From positions 96,001 through 160,000 of the forward strand of contig OY969926.1 of assembly GCA_963704645.1 (NCBI GenBank): a DNA stretch of 64,000 nt. Direction: 5' to 3'. Position numbers and translations under genes: made by a program. The notes under the pieces are model-generated. The model saw only the letters and a program-made list of their open reading frames with translations. It made no database searches and was not told where the DNA came from. The stretch comes from an uncultured bacterium. Its GTDB lineage: Bacteria > Patescibacteriota > JACMRA01. This document shows positions 29,201 to 39,200 of the stretch, piece after piece. The first letter of the stretch is position 1; the number at the start of each line of letters is the position of its first letter.

Positions 29201-29630
29201 TATCTATAGCCCAAGCTGCAACACCACTTGCTAAAACAATTCCAAAAACTAAAGCTATTATTAAGAATAGACCAAAACTGCGACCAAGTTTTTTCCAAGA
29301 AAAACCAAATTTTGTTTTTAAACTATCAATGTTTAAACTCCATGTACCTTTGCCTTTTTTACCGATACTGGATAATTCTGACACAGAAGCGACAGAACTA
29401 GTTTTATTAAACTCGTGAGAAACTTTGGAACCTGCCTTTACCACAGTAGCCGACCTGGCAATAATATTTCCATCTTCTTGAAGAGACAAGCCAGACAAGT
29501 CTGCATCTTCTTGTGGTAAAGTAATTACACTTTTATTTAAAACTTGATTGCTGCTTTCTTGGTGCGTTTCTTCTTGGCTTAAGTTGGCGTTTTCTTTATT
29601 AGAATGGTGTTTAGAAACTCTACTGGGCAT
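26241..29630 (-). CDS. Class A penicillin-binding protein (PBP1A-like) with C-terminal Ig-like domains
   Basis: GT51 motifs EDERF, GGS..QQ.VKN, RK..E, LELYLN; transpeptidase SSYK, SLN, KTG. Confidence 0.93.
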   Translation of the reverse strand: MPSRVSKHHSNKENANLSQEETHQESSNQVLNKSVITLPQEDADLSGLSLQEDGNIIARSATVVKAGSKVSHEFNKTSSVASVSELSSIGKKGKGTWSLNIDSLKTKFGFSWKKLGRSFGLFLIIALVFGIVLASGVAAWAIDIYNNSLPLNTQQIESSIVYARDGKTELFKFFDEGKREVVGLCPIKDGVEDKSNNCIPKNMQLAIIGLEDERFNYNPDGIPWSNIGGAIVDCAKIIITQSKEDCRGGSGLYQQTVKNFTGNDAKTPQRKVEELITAVKLNQVVNKSQVLELYLNQVGFSRNAFGVQEAAKSYYGKDVKDITTVEACFLAGLVQQPSVYNGSIGKYDTSAWKVYESRKNTCLTKLRQNKLEGDNVDPFIKTDDELTKLQQVEVSVATDKNQAGALRELGRVVFIPNRIDVLYPHFKDYITLELRKFNISEQALYTRGYKIVTTLDPDMQNTAQNIINENYKQYVLDSGANNIASTILDGPTGEILAMIGSADYNNEGIDGQVNITTSPQQPGSSYKPYVYAAALEKNFNPGTILLDSRTDFGGGYVPKNFSGTFSGPVSIRYALQNSLNIPAVKAAYLASGQGNVPNGTQGINEVFNLTDRIGVKYPCQPNADGEKCDDLSQASSAYRDRCTLASALGGCEVSMLSHATGMSTFAQDGNLRTARPFKNVIDTKTNVDLCAKTCDDIYPRVDKAIDPLIARQVCDIMSDYGARDPAVWGSFRRNLEIDGWRIAAKTGTSNDVRDTWTVGFSPYFTMTMWVGNTDNTPMKDTASASNSNAFVWKRLMTAIHQGREKKQCSREGLQSVKIDSKTGFLSDSGTSELLTPNQLKALQEAGSRVNNPEYNPRAQNIFQNRSAVILRKVKIDMLTGKLAVEGRTLPQNSEEKICAEPISEFPLQPNWLKATESLNNKGGYCILPTETSQQDQIAEQNNKPVISSNLTAGGNAPATITASATTIGASGKTIIAIRLRVDGNEVASVGGSALSYVPVGISGIQVVEVEAVDSYGIKNIISIANVNFSNTSSSLSISDLSSLSVNCTPGGLVLVANSTVSCSFTLPAGKTLPASFKLSIGGGFTGSCSTTGSNVNCSGVATGNASASVAIKGQIGASNGNTATTVSLV

Positions 29631-29799
29631 ACTTACTTATTTATATAATAAGTAGTTGTGTGTATTTGTTTAGTCAAGTTTATCTGGTTTGTGCGGTTAG
29701 ACAGATTAAAGGTGCAAAGAAGTTATTTTATATCACAATTTTCAAATATTTTTTTAGACTAACCGTGTTACTTTTTAAGCTGTTAGTGGGTAGCAAGCT

Positions 29800-29828
29800 T
29801 TGACAAAACTAGCCTATATTAATATCCT
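29800..29828 (+). promoter_or_regulatory. sigma70 promoter close to the start codon
   Basis: TTGACA-17 nt-TATCCT, 8 nt before ATG. Confidence 0.55.
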
Positions 29829-29836
29829 AACTTTAT

Positions 29837-31141
29837 ATGCCAAATGCAAAACATTTGCTAAATAACCTTTATAAAGTATTTGTAGCTCTAGTACTTGTAT
29901 CAAATTTTATTTTACCAACTTCATCTGTACAAGTTTTAGCTGCCGAGGCTTTACAAAGTAAATTTGATAGGCAGAAAGCGGAAATAGCTGCTAGTATTAA
30001 TAGTATAAATAGCAAAATAGAAGGTGCAAAGGAAGATGTCCACAACTTTGGTGAGAAAAAAACCACTTTAAGGGAAGAAATTAAAAACGTTGAAACAGAA
30101 ATTAAAAATATTGACAATGTAATAACTGAAATTAACTTAACAAGTGCCAAGTTAGAAGGTCAAATTGGTGAATTAAACCTTAAAATTAATGCTATTCAAG
30201 CTGATTTGAAGAGTTTAATTAGAGAAATACAAAAAACCGACGAGTTAAGTGACATACAAATAATGTTAGCTAGTCAAAATTTGGGCGAAGCTTACAACAA
30301 AGTTAGAAATTTATCGGAATTACAATCTAGATCAGATAGTTTGGCAAAAAAAATAGTTGACTCTAAAGCTCAATTAGAAGAAAGCCAAAAAAACTTGGCT
30401 GAATCTAAAAAGAACTTACAGGATGCCAGATTTTTAATTGCCAATAAAAAAGACTCTTTGCAAAACTTATTAGAAATAACCCAAGGTGAAGAAGCGCAAT
30501 ATCAGCAATTGTTAAGCGGTTTATTAACTCAAAAAACCCAATTAGATGCTCAGGCAGCCGAAGCTCAGCGTAAATTTCAAGAAGATCTTGCAAAACAAAA
30601 CGCAAACACAGGAACTAGTGGTGGGAATAACGGAGGAGGTGGAGGTGGAGGAGTACCAACTTCACCAAACGTTGTAGGCTGTTTTTTTGAAGACAAAAGA
30701 AGTTTAGATGTTCCTGCAGGTTATTTTGGCTCACCTACCTCTGGTGTAATTACCCAAAACTTTGCTTGCAAACCATCGCACGATGGAATTGATATTGGAA
30801 ATGCATCTGGTACAGCTTTGTATGCAATTGCCAATTGTACAGTTGAAAAAATAGGTTATGAGTCTGGTGGTTTTGGACACTATATTTTATTAAAATGTGT
30901 TTTGCCTTCCGGTAGCAAAGTCTATCCGCTGTACGCACATATGAAGTTTAAATCCAGTTTAATTGAAGGTCAATCAGTAACCAAAGGAACTCAAGTTGGA
31001 AGTATGGGAGCAACAGGTTATGTAACAGGCGTACATTTACATTTTATGTTAATTTCTGACAGTTACGAAAGCACTAAGAACGTAGGCTGCTTATACGGAA
31101 GTTCTAAATGTTTCAATCCTGCCAGGTTTATTAACTTTTAA
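29837..31141 (+). CDS. Coiled-coil M23 family peptidoglycan endopeptidase (EnvC/PcsB-like)
   Basis: Signal peptide, long coiled coil, HDGID, YAHM, HLH. Confidence 0.92.
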   Translation: MPNAKHLLNNLYKVFVALVLVSNFILPTSSVQVLAAEALQSKFDRQKAEIAASINSINSKIEGAKEDVHNFGEKKTTLREEIKNVETEIKNIDNVITEINLTSAKLEGQIGELNLKINAIQADLKSLIREIQKTDELSDIQIMLASQNLGEAYNKVRNLSELQSRSDSLAKKIVDSKAQLEESQKNLAESKKNLQDARFLIANKKDSLQNLLEITQGEEAQYQQLLSGLLTQKTQLDAQAAEAQRKFQEDLAKQNANTGTSGGNNGGGGGGGVPTSPNVVGCFFEDKRSLDVPAGYFGSPTSGVITQNFACKPSHDGIDIGNASGTALYAIANCTVEKIGYESGGFGHYILLKCVLPSGSKVYPLYAHMKFKSSLIEGQSVTKGTQVGSMGATGYVTGVHLHFMLISDSYESTKNVGCLYGSSKCFNPARFINF

Positions 31142-31143
31142 TT

Positions 31144-32154
31144 ATGAAAAATACATTGGAAAAAGGTATTAAAACATCAATATTAGGTTGGATAATAGCC
31201 GTAATTGGTTTTATATCTTTCATTGTTTTATACTATCCTTTTTCTCAATTTTTCAATTTAAGTTGGTCTTTAAATCAGCAAGTAGACTTATTTGACGCTG
31301 GAACATTAAACATTTTTGGGTCAGAATTACCAATTGGTGTTATAACTTTAAGGTTTTATGCCGTATGTATTTTTCTTGGAGTATTAGCTGGATATTTTTT
31401 AGCTCTACATCTTTCAAAGCACCACTTAATTGCAAACACAGTAGTTGATAGATTACTTATAGGTTTAGTAATTTTTGGCTTAATTGGAGCTAGAGTTTTT
31501 TATGTTGCTTTCAACTGGCAAGAATTTGCTAACGAGCCTGTAAATGTTTTATATATAAACCGTGGTGGATTAGCTATATTTGGAATGGTAATAACAGGTT
31601 TGTTGTATTTAATATTTTATACTAAATGGTTTAAGTTCAATTTATGGGAATTTTTAGATTTTCTTGCTCCAAGCGTACTTGTTGGTCAAGTTTTAGGTAG
31701 ATTTGGGAACTTTTTTAACTACGAAGCCTATGGACAACCAACAAGGGTATTTTGGGCAATGCGTATTCCTGAATCTGCTAATTTGTATACAGACTTAAAC
31801 CAGCAATTCTTCCACCCAACTTTTCTTTATGAAATTATTCCTAATTTTATTTTACTTTGCTACCTATTAATTAACTATGAAAAACTAATTAAAAGAAGAG
31901 CTGGAATTGTTTTTGCAATTTGGGCAATGGGTTATGGAACAGTAAGATTTTTTACAGAATTCTTTAGACTTGATGCTTTAAAAATTGCCCTTCCAAGAAC
32001 AATTAGTTTGTTTAATGACTCAATTCAAATTGAATATCTTTACGTAAGTTCTTTTGCATCCTTATGCCTTCTTGTTGCAGGAATTATTGTTTACAATAAA
32101 AGGCAAAAAATAGTTTATTTAAAAAAGGACATGAGTGAAATTGGTATACGCTAA
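31144..32154 (+). CDS. lgt: Prolipoprotein diacylglyceryl transferase
   Basis: IGARVFYV, GGLAIFG, GRFGNFFN.E.YG, HPTFLYE, RFFTEFFR. Confidence 0.95.
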   Translation: MKNTLEKGIKTSILGWIIAVIGFISFIVLYYPFSQFFNLSWSLNQQVDLFDAGTLNIFGSELPIGVITLRFYAVCIFLGVLAGYFLALHLSKHHLIANTVVDRLLIGLVIFGLIGARVFYVAFNWQEFANEPVNVLYINRGGLAIFGMVITGLLYLIFYTKWFKFNLWEFLDFLAPSVLVGQVLGRFGNFFNYEAYGQPTRVFWAMRIPESANLYTDLNQQFFHPTFLYEIIPNFILLCYLLINYEKLIKRRAGIVFAIWAMGYGTVRFFTEFFRLDALKIALPRTISLFNDSIQIEYLYVSSFASLCLLVAGIIVYNKRQKIVYLKKDMSEIGIR

Positions 32155-32169
32155 AGAAATTTAAGACAA

Positions 32170-32514
32170 TTACTTATTTATTTTGCCACTCAACCTCTTA
32201 ACAATTCTGCCAATACTAGAAATAGAGATATAGGAAGCATTGTTAATAAAAGAATATTGGTCGCACAGTTGTTTTATTTTTTTTCTGGTCATGCTAGGAA
32301 ATTGGTCATATACTTTTTCTATAAATATTATTAATCTAGGATCTATTCTTGCTTTAGAATAATTAAAGCCGTAGTGATTTGTTTTTTGATTTAGTTTGTA
32401 CACCCAATAATATATTGTAGATTTAGGTAATTTGTATTTTTCTAAAGTTTTTTGAATTCCATGCTGTAGTAAGAATTGCACTACCTCTTTTTTGAATTCG
32501 GGCTGATGGAACAT
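32170..32514 (-). CDS. HTH protein resembling a transposase N-terminus, no catalytic domain
   Basis: HGIQKTLEKYKLPKSTIYYW and ISISSIGRIVKR HTH motifs; no DDE core. Confidence 0.6.
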   Translation of the reverse strand: MFHQPEFKKEVVQFLLQHGIQKTLEKYKLPKSTIYYWVYKLNQKTNHYGFNYSKARIDPRLIIFIEKVYDQFPSMTRKKIKQLCDQYSFINNASYISISSIGRIVKRLSGKINK

Positions 32515-32745
32515 TTGTAGCTAAAGTATTAGGGTTGATATAAGAAATTATACTAAAAGATATTTTCAAAACGAAAAAGTTTAAAGCGAAGAGGGTTTTG
32601 TAAGAGTTTGTGCTTTTCCAAAGGAAGAGTATTTTTTAATCAAAATTAATATTTTATAAAATTAAGTTTAGTTATCTATAAAGTATGTCATATTGGTTAA
32701 ATGTCTTTAAAGGTTGATTTGTTAAGTATCAACATGTCTGTAATT

Positions 32746-32934
32746 TTAAGTTTGTTTGACAAGTTTTAGAATGGCTGATTGCAATTGTTTAGCATGACGT
32801 GGAGAAAGAGTGGAAGATAATGCAATAGCAAGCTCTAACTCTTTAACAAGGGTAAGCAAATTTGTTATAGCTCTGTCATTACTTTTTTTTCGCCTAGAAC
32901 TAACTGTTTTATTGTTATTCACCATAATATTCAC
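32746..32934 (-). CDS. Small basic hypothetical protein
   Basis: 62-aa ORF divergent from the methyltransferase. Confidence 0.35.
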   Translation of the reverse strand: MNIMVNNNKTVSSRRKKSNDRAITNLLTLVKELELAIALSSTLSPRHAKQLQSAILKLVKQT

Positions 32935-33059
32935 AAAAATACCCTAAAAAAATAAACTTTTTAAAAAGTGTTGTGATTTCTTAGGCGAGCAAAGATAAAC
33001 AAATTTGTTAGAGGTTGTCAAATATATTCCAGTTAACTCTGTATTCTTTTATTTATAAT

Positions 33060-34256
33060 ATGAACTCTTTTTCTCAAGCTGATGTGTCTAAACGTTGCAA
33101 TGTTACAAGAGCTACAGTGAATAGGTGGGTTGAATTAGCAAAAGAAAAAAAGAATAACTTACAACTAGATTTCTCTAACAAAATTGTTAGAATTTTAGAT
33201 TCTCCACACAACGACGTTGAGCTAAACAGATTAGCCAAAGAAGCCAAAAAGTATAGAAACAGCATTCCTGTAAAAGAAGTAGCAGTTTCAGAAGAATTTT
33301 ACGAGTATTTTAATGAGGAGGAAATTGTAGAAATTATTACAGATTTAGAGTTCAACAGAGAAGTTAATTTAAAGTTTGCCTACAGAAATGGAGGTGCTAA
33401 CAATTGGGACGGTTTTTATAAAAGTAACGTCTCGCCTATTAAGTCTGCAGTTAACCATTTTATAAATCAAATTGAAACAAGTATAAGTTATTTAGCTGGC
33501 GAAAATAAGCAACTAAATTTGATTGATATTGGCCCAGGAAACGGAGAGCCTGTAATAGAGTTAATTAGTAATATGATAAAAAAGGGTGTATTAAAAAGGT
33601 ACATTCCAATTGATATTAGCAATGAAATCATTCATATTGTTGAGAAATCTATAAAAAATAAATTTCCATTGTTAGATTTAAAATCATACCAAGCAGATTT
33701 AGAAAATGCCAGGTTTAAAAAAATCTTTTTAGAAAACAAGTTAAGCGAAGATAACGCCTCTAACTTTATAATTTTTTTGGGTAACACCATCGCCAATATA
33801 ATAGACAAAGTGCAGACTTTAAAAAATATACGTAAAGGTATGATTGAAGATGACATGCTGGCAGTAACTTTTTCCCTGGACAACGAGATAAATAAATCTA
33901 ATCTGAACTATGTTAAAACAAACGATGCAGATCAAATGCACTCTTTTATCCTCGAAAAAATGGGAGTGGATATAAGTAGATGTGATTTGTTAGTTGAATA
34001 TAACGAACAAGATAAATGTAAAACTAAATCTATCATTTTAGACAAAGATTACGCCATTCATTTTAATTTATTTGGCCAAAACAAGACTGTATTTTTAGAA
34101 AAGGATGAACCAATTATAGTTTGGAGGCACTATCTATCTAGCATGGAAGATTTTGTGTCTAATTTAGACGAGGTTGGTTTTGAAGTATTGGTCACTAGAA
34201 AAAGTAATGATTTAGCTAACGGCCTAGTTATATGTCAGATCAAGACAAATGAATAG
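33060..34256 (+). CDS. HTH fused to an EgtD-like (histidine-specific family) SAM methyltransferase
   Basis: N-terminal SQADVSKRCNVTRATVNRW HTH; LKFAY...GA..W, LIDIGPGNG, YIPIDIS, FLGNTIAN. Confidence 0.8.
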   Translation: MNSFSQADVSKRCNVTRATVNRWVELAKEKKNNLQLDFSNKIVRILDSPHNDVELNRLAKEAKKYRNSIPVKEVAVSEEFYEYFNEEEIVEIITDLEFNREVNLKFAYRNGGANNWDGFYKSNVSPIKSAVNHFINQIETSISYLAGENKQLNLIDIGPGNGEPVIELISNMIKKGVLKRYIPIDISNEIIHIVEKSIKNKFPLLDLKSYQADLENARFKKIFLENKLSEDNASNFIIFLGNTIANIIDKVQTLKNIRKGMIEDDMLAVTFSLDNEINKSNLNYVKTNDADQMHSFILEKMGVDISRCDLLVEYNEQDKCKTKSIILDKDYAIHFNLFGQNKTVFLEKDEPIIVWRHYLSSMEDFVSNLDEVGFEVLVTRKSNDLANGLVICQIKTNE

Positions 34257-34343
34257 ATTTCAAAGTTAAAAGACTACCAAGATTAAACCAATATACATTA
34301 ATCCCTTTGTTGAAACTGAATTATGCGACTTGATATTCTATCA

Positions 34344-34844
34344 TTATAATTTAATTTTTATAATGACCAATTTTACTAGCTTATAAACAAAGATGAATAA
34401 AATTACAGCCATCAAACTTATTGGAAATTGTTTAAAGACTATTTCAACAAAGATGTCATTTGCTGCATAGTTATAATGACATTCTAAATTATTTGGTATA
34501 AAATATTTATAGGAATAAATTAAATTTACTATCAGTGCTGTAAATGAAATGACAATCACATCAAAGTTTTGTAACAGTATTTTATTTTTTATAATTTGTT
34601 TTAGTTTATACAAAATTATTACAAAAACAACCGATATTATAAAGAAAAATATAAAGTTTGGTATTATGTTCAAATAGTTTTCAAGCCTATTTCTGCTTAC
34701 AGTATGAATAAATGGAAAGCCATAGCCTCTTATACAAAACTCTAATTCATTATCAGAAGAACCAAGGCTTCTTTCAAAAAAATGGAATACTGCGGTTAAA
34801 ATAATGGATAAGGGAATAGAGTATTTCAGAATTAGATTTAGCAT
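34344..34844 (-). CDS. Four-TM hypothetical membrane protein
   Basis: Hydrophobic segments, GYGFPF motif. Confidence 0.65.
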   Translation of the reverse strand: MLNLILKYSIPLSIILTAVFHFFERSLGSSDNELEFCIRGYGFPFIHTVSRNRLENYLNIIPNFIFFFIISVVFVIILYKLKQIIKNKILLQNFDVIVISFTALIVNLIYSYKYFIPNNLECHYNYAANDIFVEIVFKQFPISLMAVILFIFVYKLVKLVIIKIKL

Positions 34845-34851
34845 AAGTTTT

Positions 34852-35523
34852 TTACCATTCCCCAATAGAAATATTTTCCTTACCCTTTATATTTTGAATA
34901 TAGCCTAGCCATTTTTTATCGCCATAGCTTGTACTGGTTGGAATACAGGCTACAAAAGATGTGGTGTAACCTGGTGAATTATAATATTCGTTATACATAC
35001 CTTGTTGGTTAACAGAAGATGGGGTGTAATTTGGTATATTGAAATATTCTTTAATAGTATTGTTGGTTTGCTGAATAATACTTTTCTTTTCTTTTAAGCT
35101 TAAATTGTCCCAAATACTTTTGTCTTTAACATAAATTAAAGCATCTCCAGAATATGGAACTTCTTCAGGCTTGTACTCATTGGCATCTACCAATAGGAAA
35201 TTATATTTAGAGAGAGAAGAATTAATAATTTTATTTAGTTCGGGCGGAATTGGCGTTCGCATCGAATCATATTCAGACAATTTATATTTGCATATTGGAC
35301 TTAACTTAAAGGGCATGCCTCCACCTTCACTAGTTAAATAACTTATGTTAGTACTTATTCCAGCAAACTGTGGATCAAATAATATCTGGTAAGTTTCGTA
35401 GATTTTTATTCCCCCTCTATATAACAATATACTTGCAGGAATAATTAGTATAGCAATAAGTATTTTTAATTTTAAGCTAAGTTTTTTAAGGTTAGAAAGT
35501 TTGAATTTATTGAAAAAGGTCAT
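34852..35523 (-). CDS. Single-TM hypothetical protein, paralog 2
   Basis: Shares near-identical blocks with 35589-36206. Confidence 0.8.
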   Translation of the reverse strand: MTFFNKFKLSNLKKLSLKLKILIAILIIPASILLYRGGIKIYETYQILFDPQFAGISTNISYLTSEGGGMPFKLSPICKYKLSEYDSMRTPIPPELNKIINSSLSKYNFLLVDANEYKPEEVPYSGDALIYVKDKSIWDNLSLKEKKSIIQQTNNTIKEYFNIPNYTPSSVNQQGMYNEYYNSPGYTTSFVACIPTSTSYGDKKWLGYIQNIKGKENISIGEW

Positions 35524-35588
35524 ATTTTTAATTTTGTTTATAGGAGTTGCAACACCTTTTTAATTAGCTCAACATTTTCACAAAACAC

Positions 35589-36206
35589 CTACCACTCCCC
35601 AATAGACATTCTTTCTTTTCCTTTGAAGTTTTCAATGTAGCCTAACCATTTTTTATCTCCGTAACCCCTACTGTTTGGAGTGCAAGTAACAAATGATGTA
35701 GTATAACTTGGTTTATTAAAATATTCTTTTATATTATTATTAGTTTGTTGAATCATATCCTTTTTTTCCTTTAAACTTAAATTGTCCCAAATACTTTTAT
35801 CTTGAACATAAATTAAAGCGTCACCTGAATTTATATTTGTAGGTATAATATAAGTATTTGCATTTACCAACAAAAAATTGTATTTAGTAAGAGAGAGATT
35901 AATTTTTGTAGTTAACTCTTTAGGTATGGCTAAGCTTGTAGAAGTATATTCATTAAGGTCTACAATACACAAATCACTTAGCTTAAAAGGCATGCCCCCT
36001 CCTTCACTAGTTAAATAATCTATGTTGGTACTTATTCCAACAAACTCAGGATCAAATAATATCTGGTAAGTTTCGTAGACTTTTATTCCCCCTCTATATA
36101 CTAATATGCTTACAGGAATTATTAGTATTGCAATAAGTATTTTTAATCTTAGGCTAAGTTTAGTGAAGTTGATTAGTCTAACTTTTTTAAAGAAGGGTGT
36201 AGTCAT
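35589..36206 (-). CDS. Single-TM hypothetical protein, paralog 1
   Basis: Starts 2 nt after the PA14-protein stop; paralog of 34852-35523. Confidence 0.8.
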   Translation of the reverse strand: MTTPFFKKVRLINFTKLSLRLKILIAILIIPVSILVYRGGIKVYETYQILFDPEFVGISTNIDYLTSEGGGMPFKLSDLCIVDLNEYTSTSLAIPKELTTKINLSLTKYNFLLVNANTYIIPTNINSGDALIYVQDKSIWDNLSLKEKKDMIQQTNNNIKEYFNKPSYTTSFVTCTPNSRGYGDKKWLGYIENFKGKERMSIGEW

Positions 36207-36208
36207 AT

Positions 36209-39200
36209 TTAATTTTTTAATCTGGTTGGAACTGTGTTACAAGTCACATCATCCCAATAAAGTCTATCGATGGGAACTCGAGGTACATACTCATTACAGA
36301 CGTTATGTGTCTTACTAAATCTATTTTTGTATTCATTGGCAAAAGTTGAAACGCTTACTCTGTTTTCTCTTAGATCTTTGCCTAATTTTATGGCTTCATA
36401 ACTAGAAAATAAATCCATCCAGCTTGAACCATTCTCTGCAGGGTCTGGTAAAGTCCTATAAAACTGTGGAGGTACAAAAGTATTCTTTTTATAAGCTTCG
36501 TGGAACATTAACCACCATTCATTGGATCCAAATAAAGGTAATGGTAAGTTTACTCCAATAAAAGGATAACCAACCGAGTTTTGGCTATCACCTGCATACG
36601 CAAAGTTTATTCCTCCACCAGTATTATGCCATGCAAGGTTAGATTTAGTCCCCTCATCATCAAAAATATAATTGTAACCAGAAGAGCCATGAAATTCCAC
36701 TATATGGTAGGCTTCTTCATATACTGTACCTGCATTACACCCATCTATACTTATTATGCAATTTTTACCGGGTCTATTGGCAAAAACTGTTCCTAGATCG
36801 TAAATAAATCTGTCCTTGTTATTGGTACTTTGCCAAGATAGAGCAATAAAATTAGCACTTGCTACGTAAGCTTCCATTGTATTTTTACAGTAGGAATTCA
36901 TTAAAGTTCTTTCATTTAAAACAAATACAGCATTTAAAAACAATCTTTTTGGCTCATCTGAAGTATACCAATTAGAGTTTTTCTTATTATTTAGAAAAGA
37001 TTGTAGGTAGTTTAAATCTTGGCAGGACAGAAAAGTTGTTGATGGGTTTCGACCTGTCGTTGCTGTCCATATTGCTAAAACCATTTTAGCATGAAACTGA
37101 ATTTCCGTATCACACGATGCTGTACACTCTCTCTTTGCTAAATAATTATACAACCCATCATTAATTAAACTTTCTGCCTGCGAAAGATTCTTATTAAATC
37201 TCCCCCAAACACTACCCCACCCACCAATCTTAACATTGCCCGCTCTGTCTGTAATATTTATACTAAACTCAATATTCTGAGAGCTAGATACTTTGGTAAG
37301 ATCAATGTTGGCTGAATAAAGATAATCCACATTGTCGTTGTATTCTCTACCAAGGAATAATAATTTACTGTCGTAGTAGGCGTAGAAATCTACATAGCTT
37401 ACAAGACTTTGTGGTGTAGATAAATCCCAAGCCTCAGCTTTTACTGTAAAGTTGTTTCCTGTAATTGTTTGATAGTTTGCACTTGGGTTTATTATTCTTC
37501 CATCAGGTTTTATACTGTCTGTATACTCCCACCTCAAAGCAAAAGCGGCCTGTCCAGCATCTTCCCTAAACTTAACTTGAAGAAGATACCAACCTTCAGT
37601 AAGATATCTGTCTGTTCTGGTTTCAGAGCAACACCCAGGCTGATTAATTATCCTAGTTCCGTCTAATATAATTTCAGTTCCGTCATCAGCCTTTGAAATG
37701 AAAGTGAATGTGGAGGCCGGGAAATAATGCATTTTGGTAAAGTAACCAGAAAAGTTATCTGTTGGAAGGGAGCTTATTCCTGAAGGTGAGTTTAGGTAAG
37801 TTCCTGAAAAAGAATTTATTCCTCCCTTAGTTAAGTTTACAGTAGGATTATTATTCCCCCAGTTATCATCCCAAAAGTCCCCTAGTCTGGTTACTGGTTT
37901 TACAGGTATTCCTGTTTGATATTTGTTAGGGTAGAATTCTACACACCAGTCTGAGAAGTTATTATTGGTTTTACATGCTAGTTCCCAAGAAAGGGTTAGT
38001 TTAGCACTTCCTGTTTTTTCTTGATAGTATACTTCCATTACGTGCCAGCCTGTTGGTAGATCTATTCTGGTGTCAGTATCTGCGGCTGGGTTTTCCCATT
38101 TATCTATTACAATGTTTCCATTAATAACTAATTTCATTCCATCGTCGTAACCTGTATAGAATTTGTAATGACCTGATTCAAACCATTGTTTTTTACTAAA
38201 TTTAGCTGAGAAGTAATCAGAGGGGGTTACTCCTCCAGGGTTACCATAACCCCAATCTTTGTTAATGTAATCTGTTCTTCCAAGAGAATCTCTAGCAGGA
38301 TAATAGTTTTCAGAATAAGACATTATTCCAGAATAAGGATTGTTGTTGTAATATTGAGCACACCAGTTATCATAGGGAAGTTCTGGGTAGTTACATTCGT
38401 TGTATAAGGGAGTTCCTGTTATGGCTAGGGGTTGGACTGTGGGGGTGGTGGTAGCAAGGGAAGTGGTTGGAGCAAGTGTAGTTTTAGTCACTAAGGATTG
38501 AGTGGCTTCAGAAGGCGGAATTATTGGAGTTTGAGTTACTGGTTGAGGAGTATCAATAATTACTGGAGAAGTTACTGGAACCTGTGGAAGTGCTGGTTTA
38601 GGTGTAGGTATTGTAGGCCTAATAGGAGTTTGAGGCTCTGGTCTTTTCCATTCTTCCAGTCTCTTTTGTTTTTCTTGATGGGTTAGCGGAGTTTCTGGCT
38701 GAGTTGGAGGAATTGTTGGCTGAGGAGTTGGCGTAGTAGGTGGCTCTGGATTACTTGGAGGCTCAGGTTCGCCCTCACCTTCACAAAGTCCCTTCTCTAC
38801 TTTCAGAACAATGTCGTTAAAGTCATAGTCTAACCAATCTTCAAAAGAAAGTGAGTATGCATTGTTTCCTAGGTTTACTTGTTTAACTCTGCTGGAATCT
38901 GTAGAAAGAATGGTTTTAGGTGACTGTGAGTAGAAGGGAGTTATTTTAAGAATTAGATCTTGGCCTTGGGTGAAGTTACCAAGTGTAGGAGAGGAATTTA
39001 TTCCTCCTGTGGCATTTTGAACATCTGAAACCTTCTTGGTTGTTAAATCATTGTAGTTATCTGAAATTAGTTTGTCTGAACCGTCTTCGTTTACTCCTAC
39101 AAGGTAAAGTTTACCTCCTGCTCCATCATTACTTATTCTTGAAATGTAATAACAGCCTGTGCTTTGGATGCTTAGTTTGTTTGATGGAGTCTCAGGTGGT

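Noticed and set aside
32170-32514. Active IS element
   Set aside because: No DDE domain, terminal inverted repeats or target duplication seen
38400-38790. Tandem-repeat array
   Set aside because: It is the Pro/Thr linker of the PA14 protein and has no fixed-period DNA repeat
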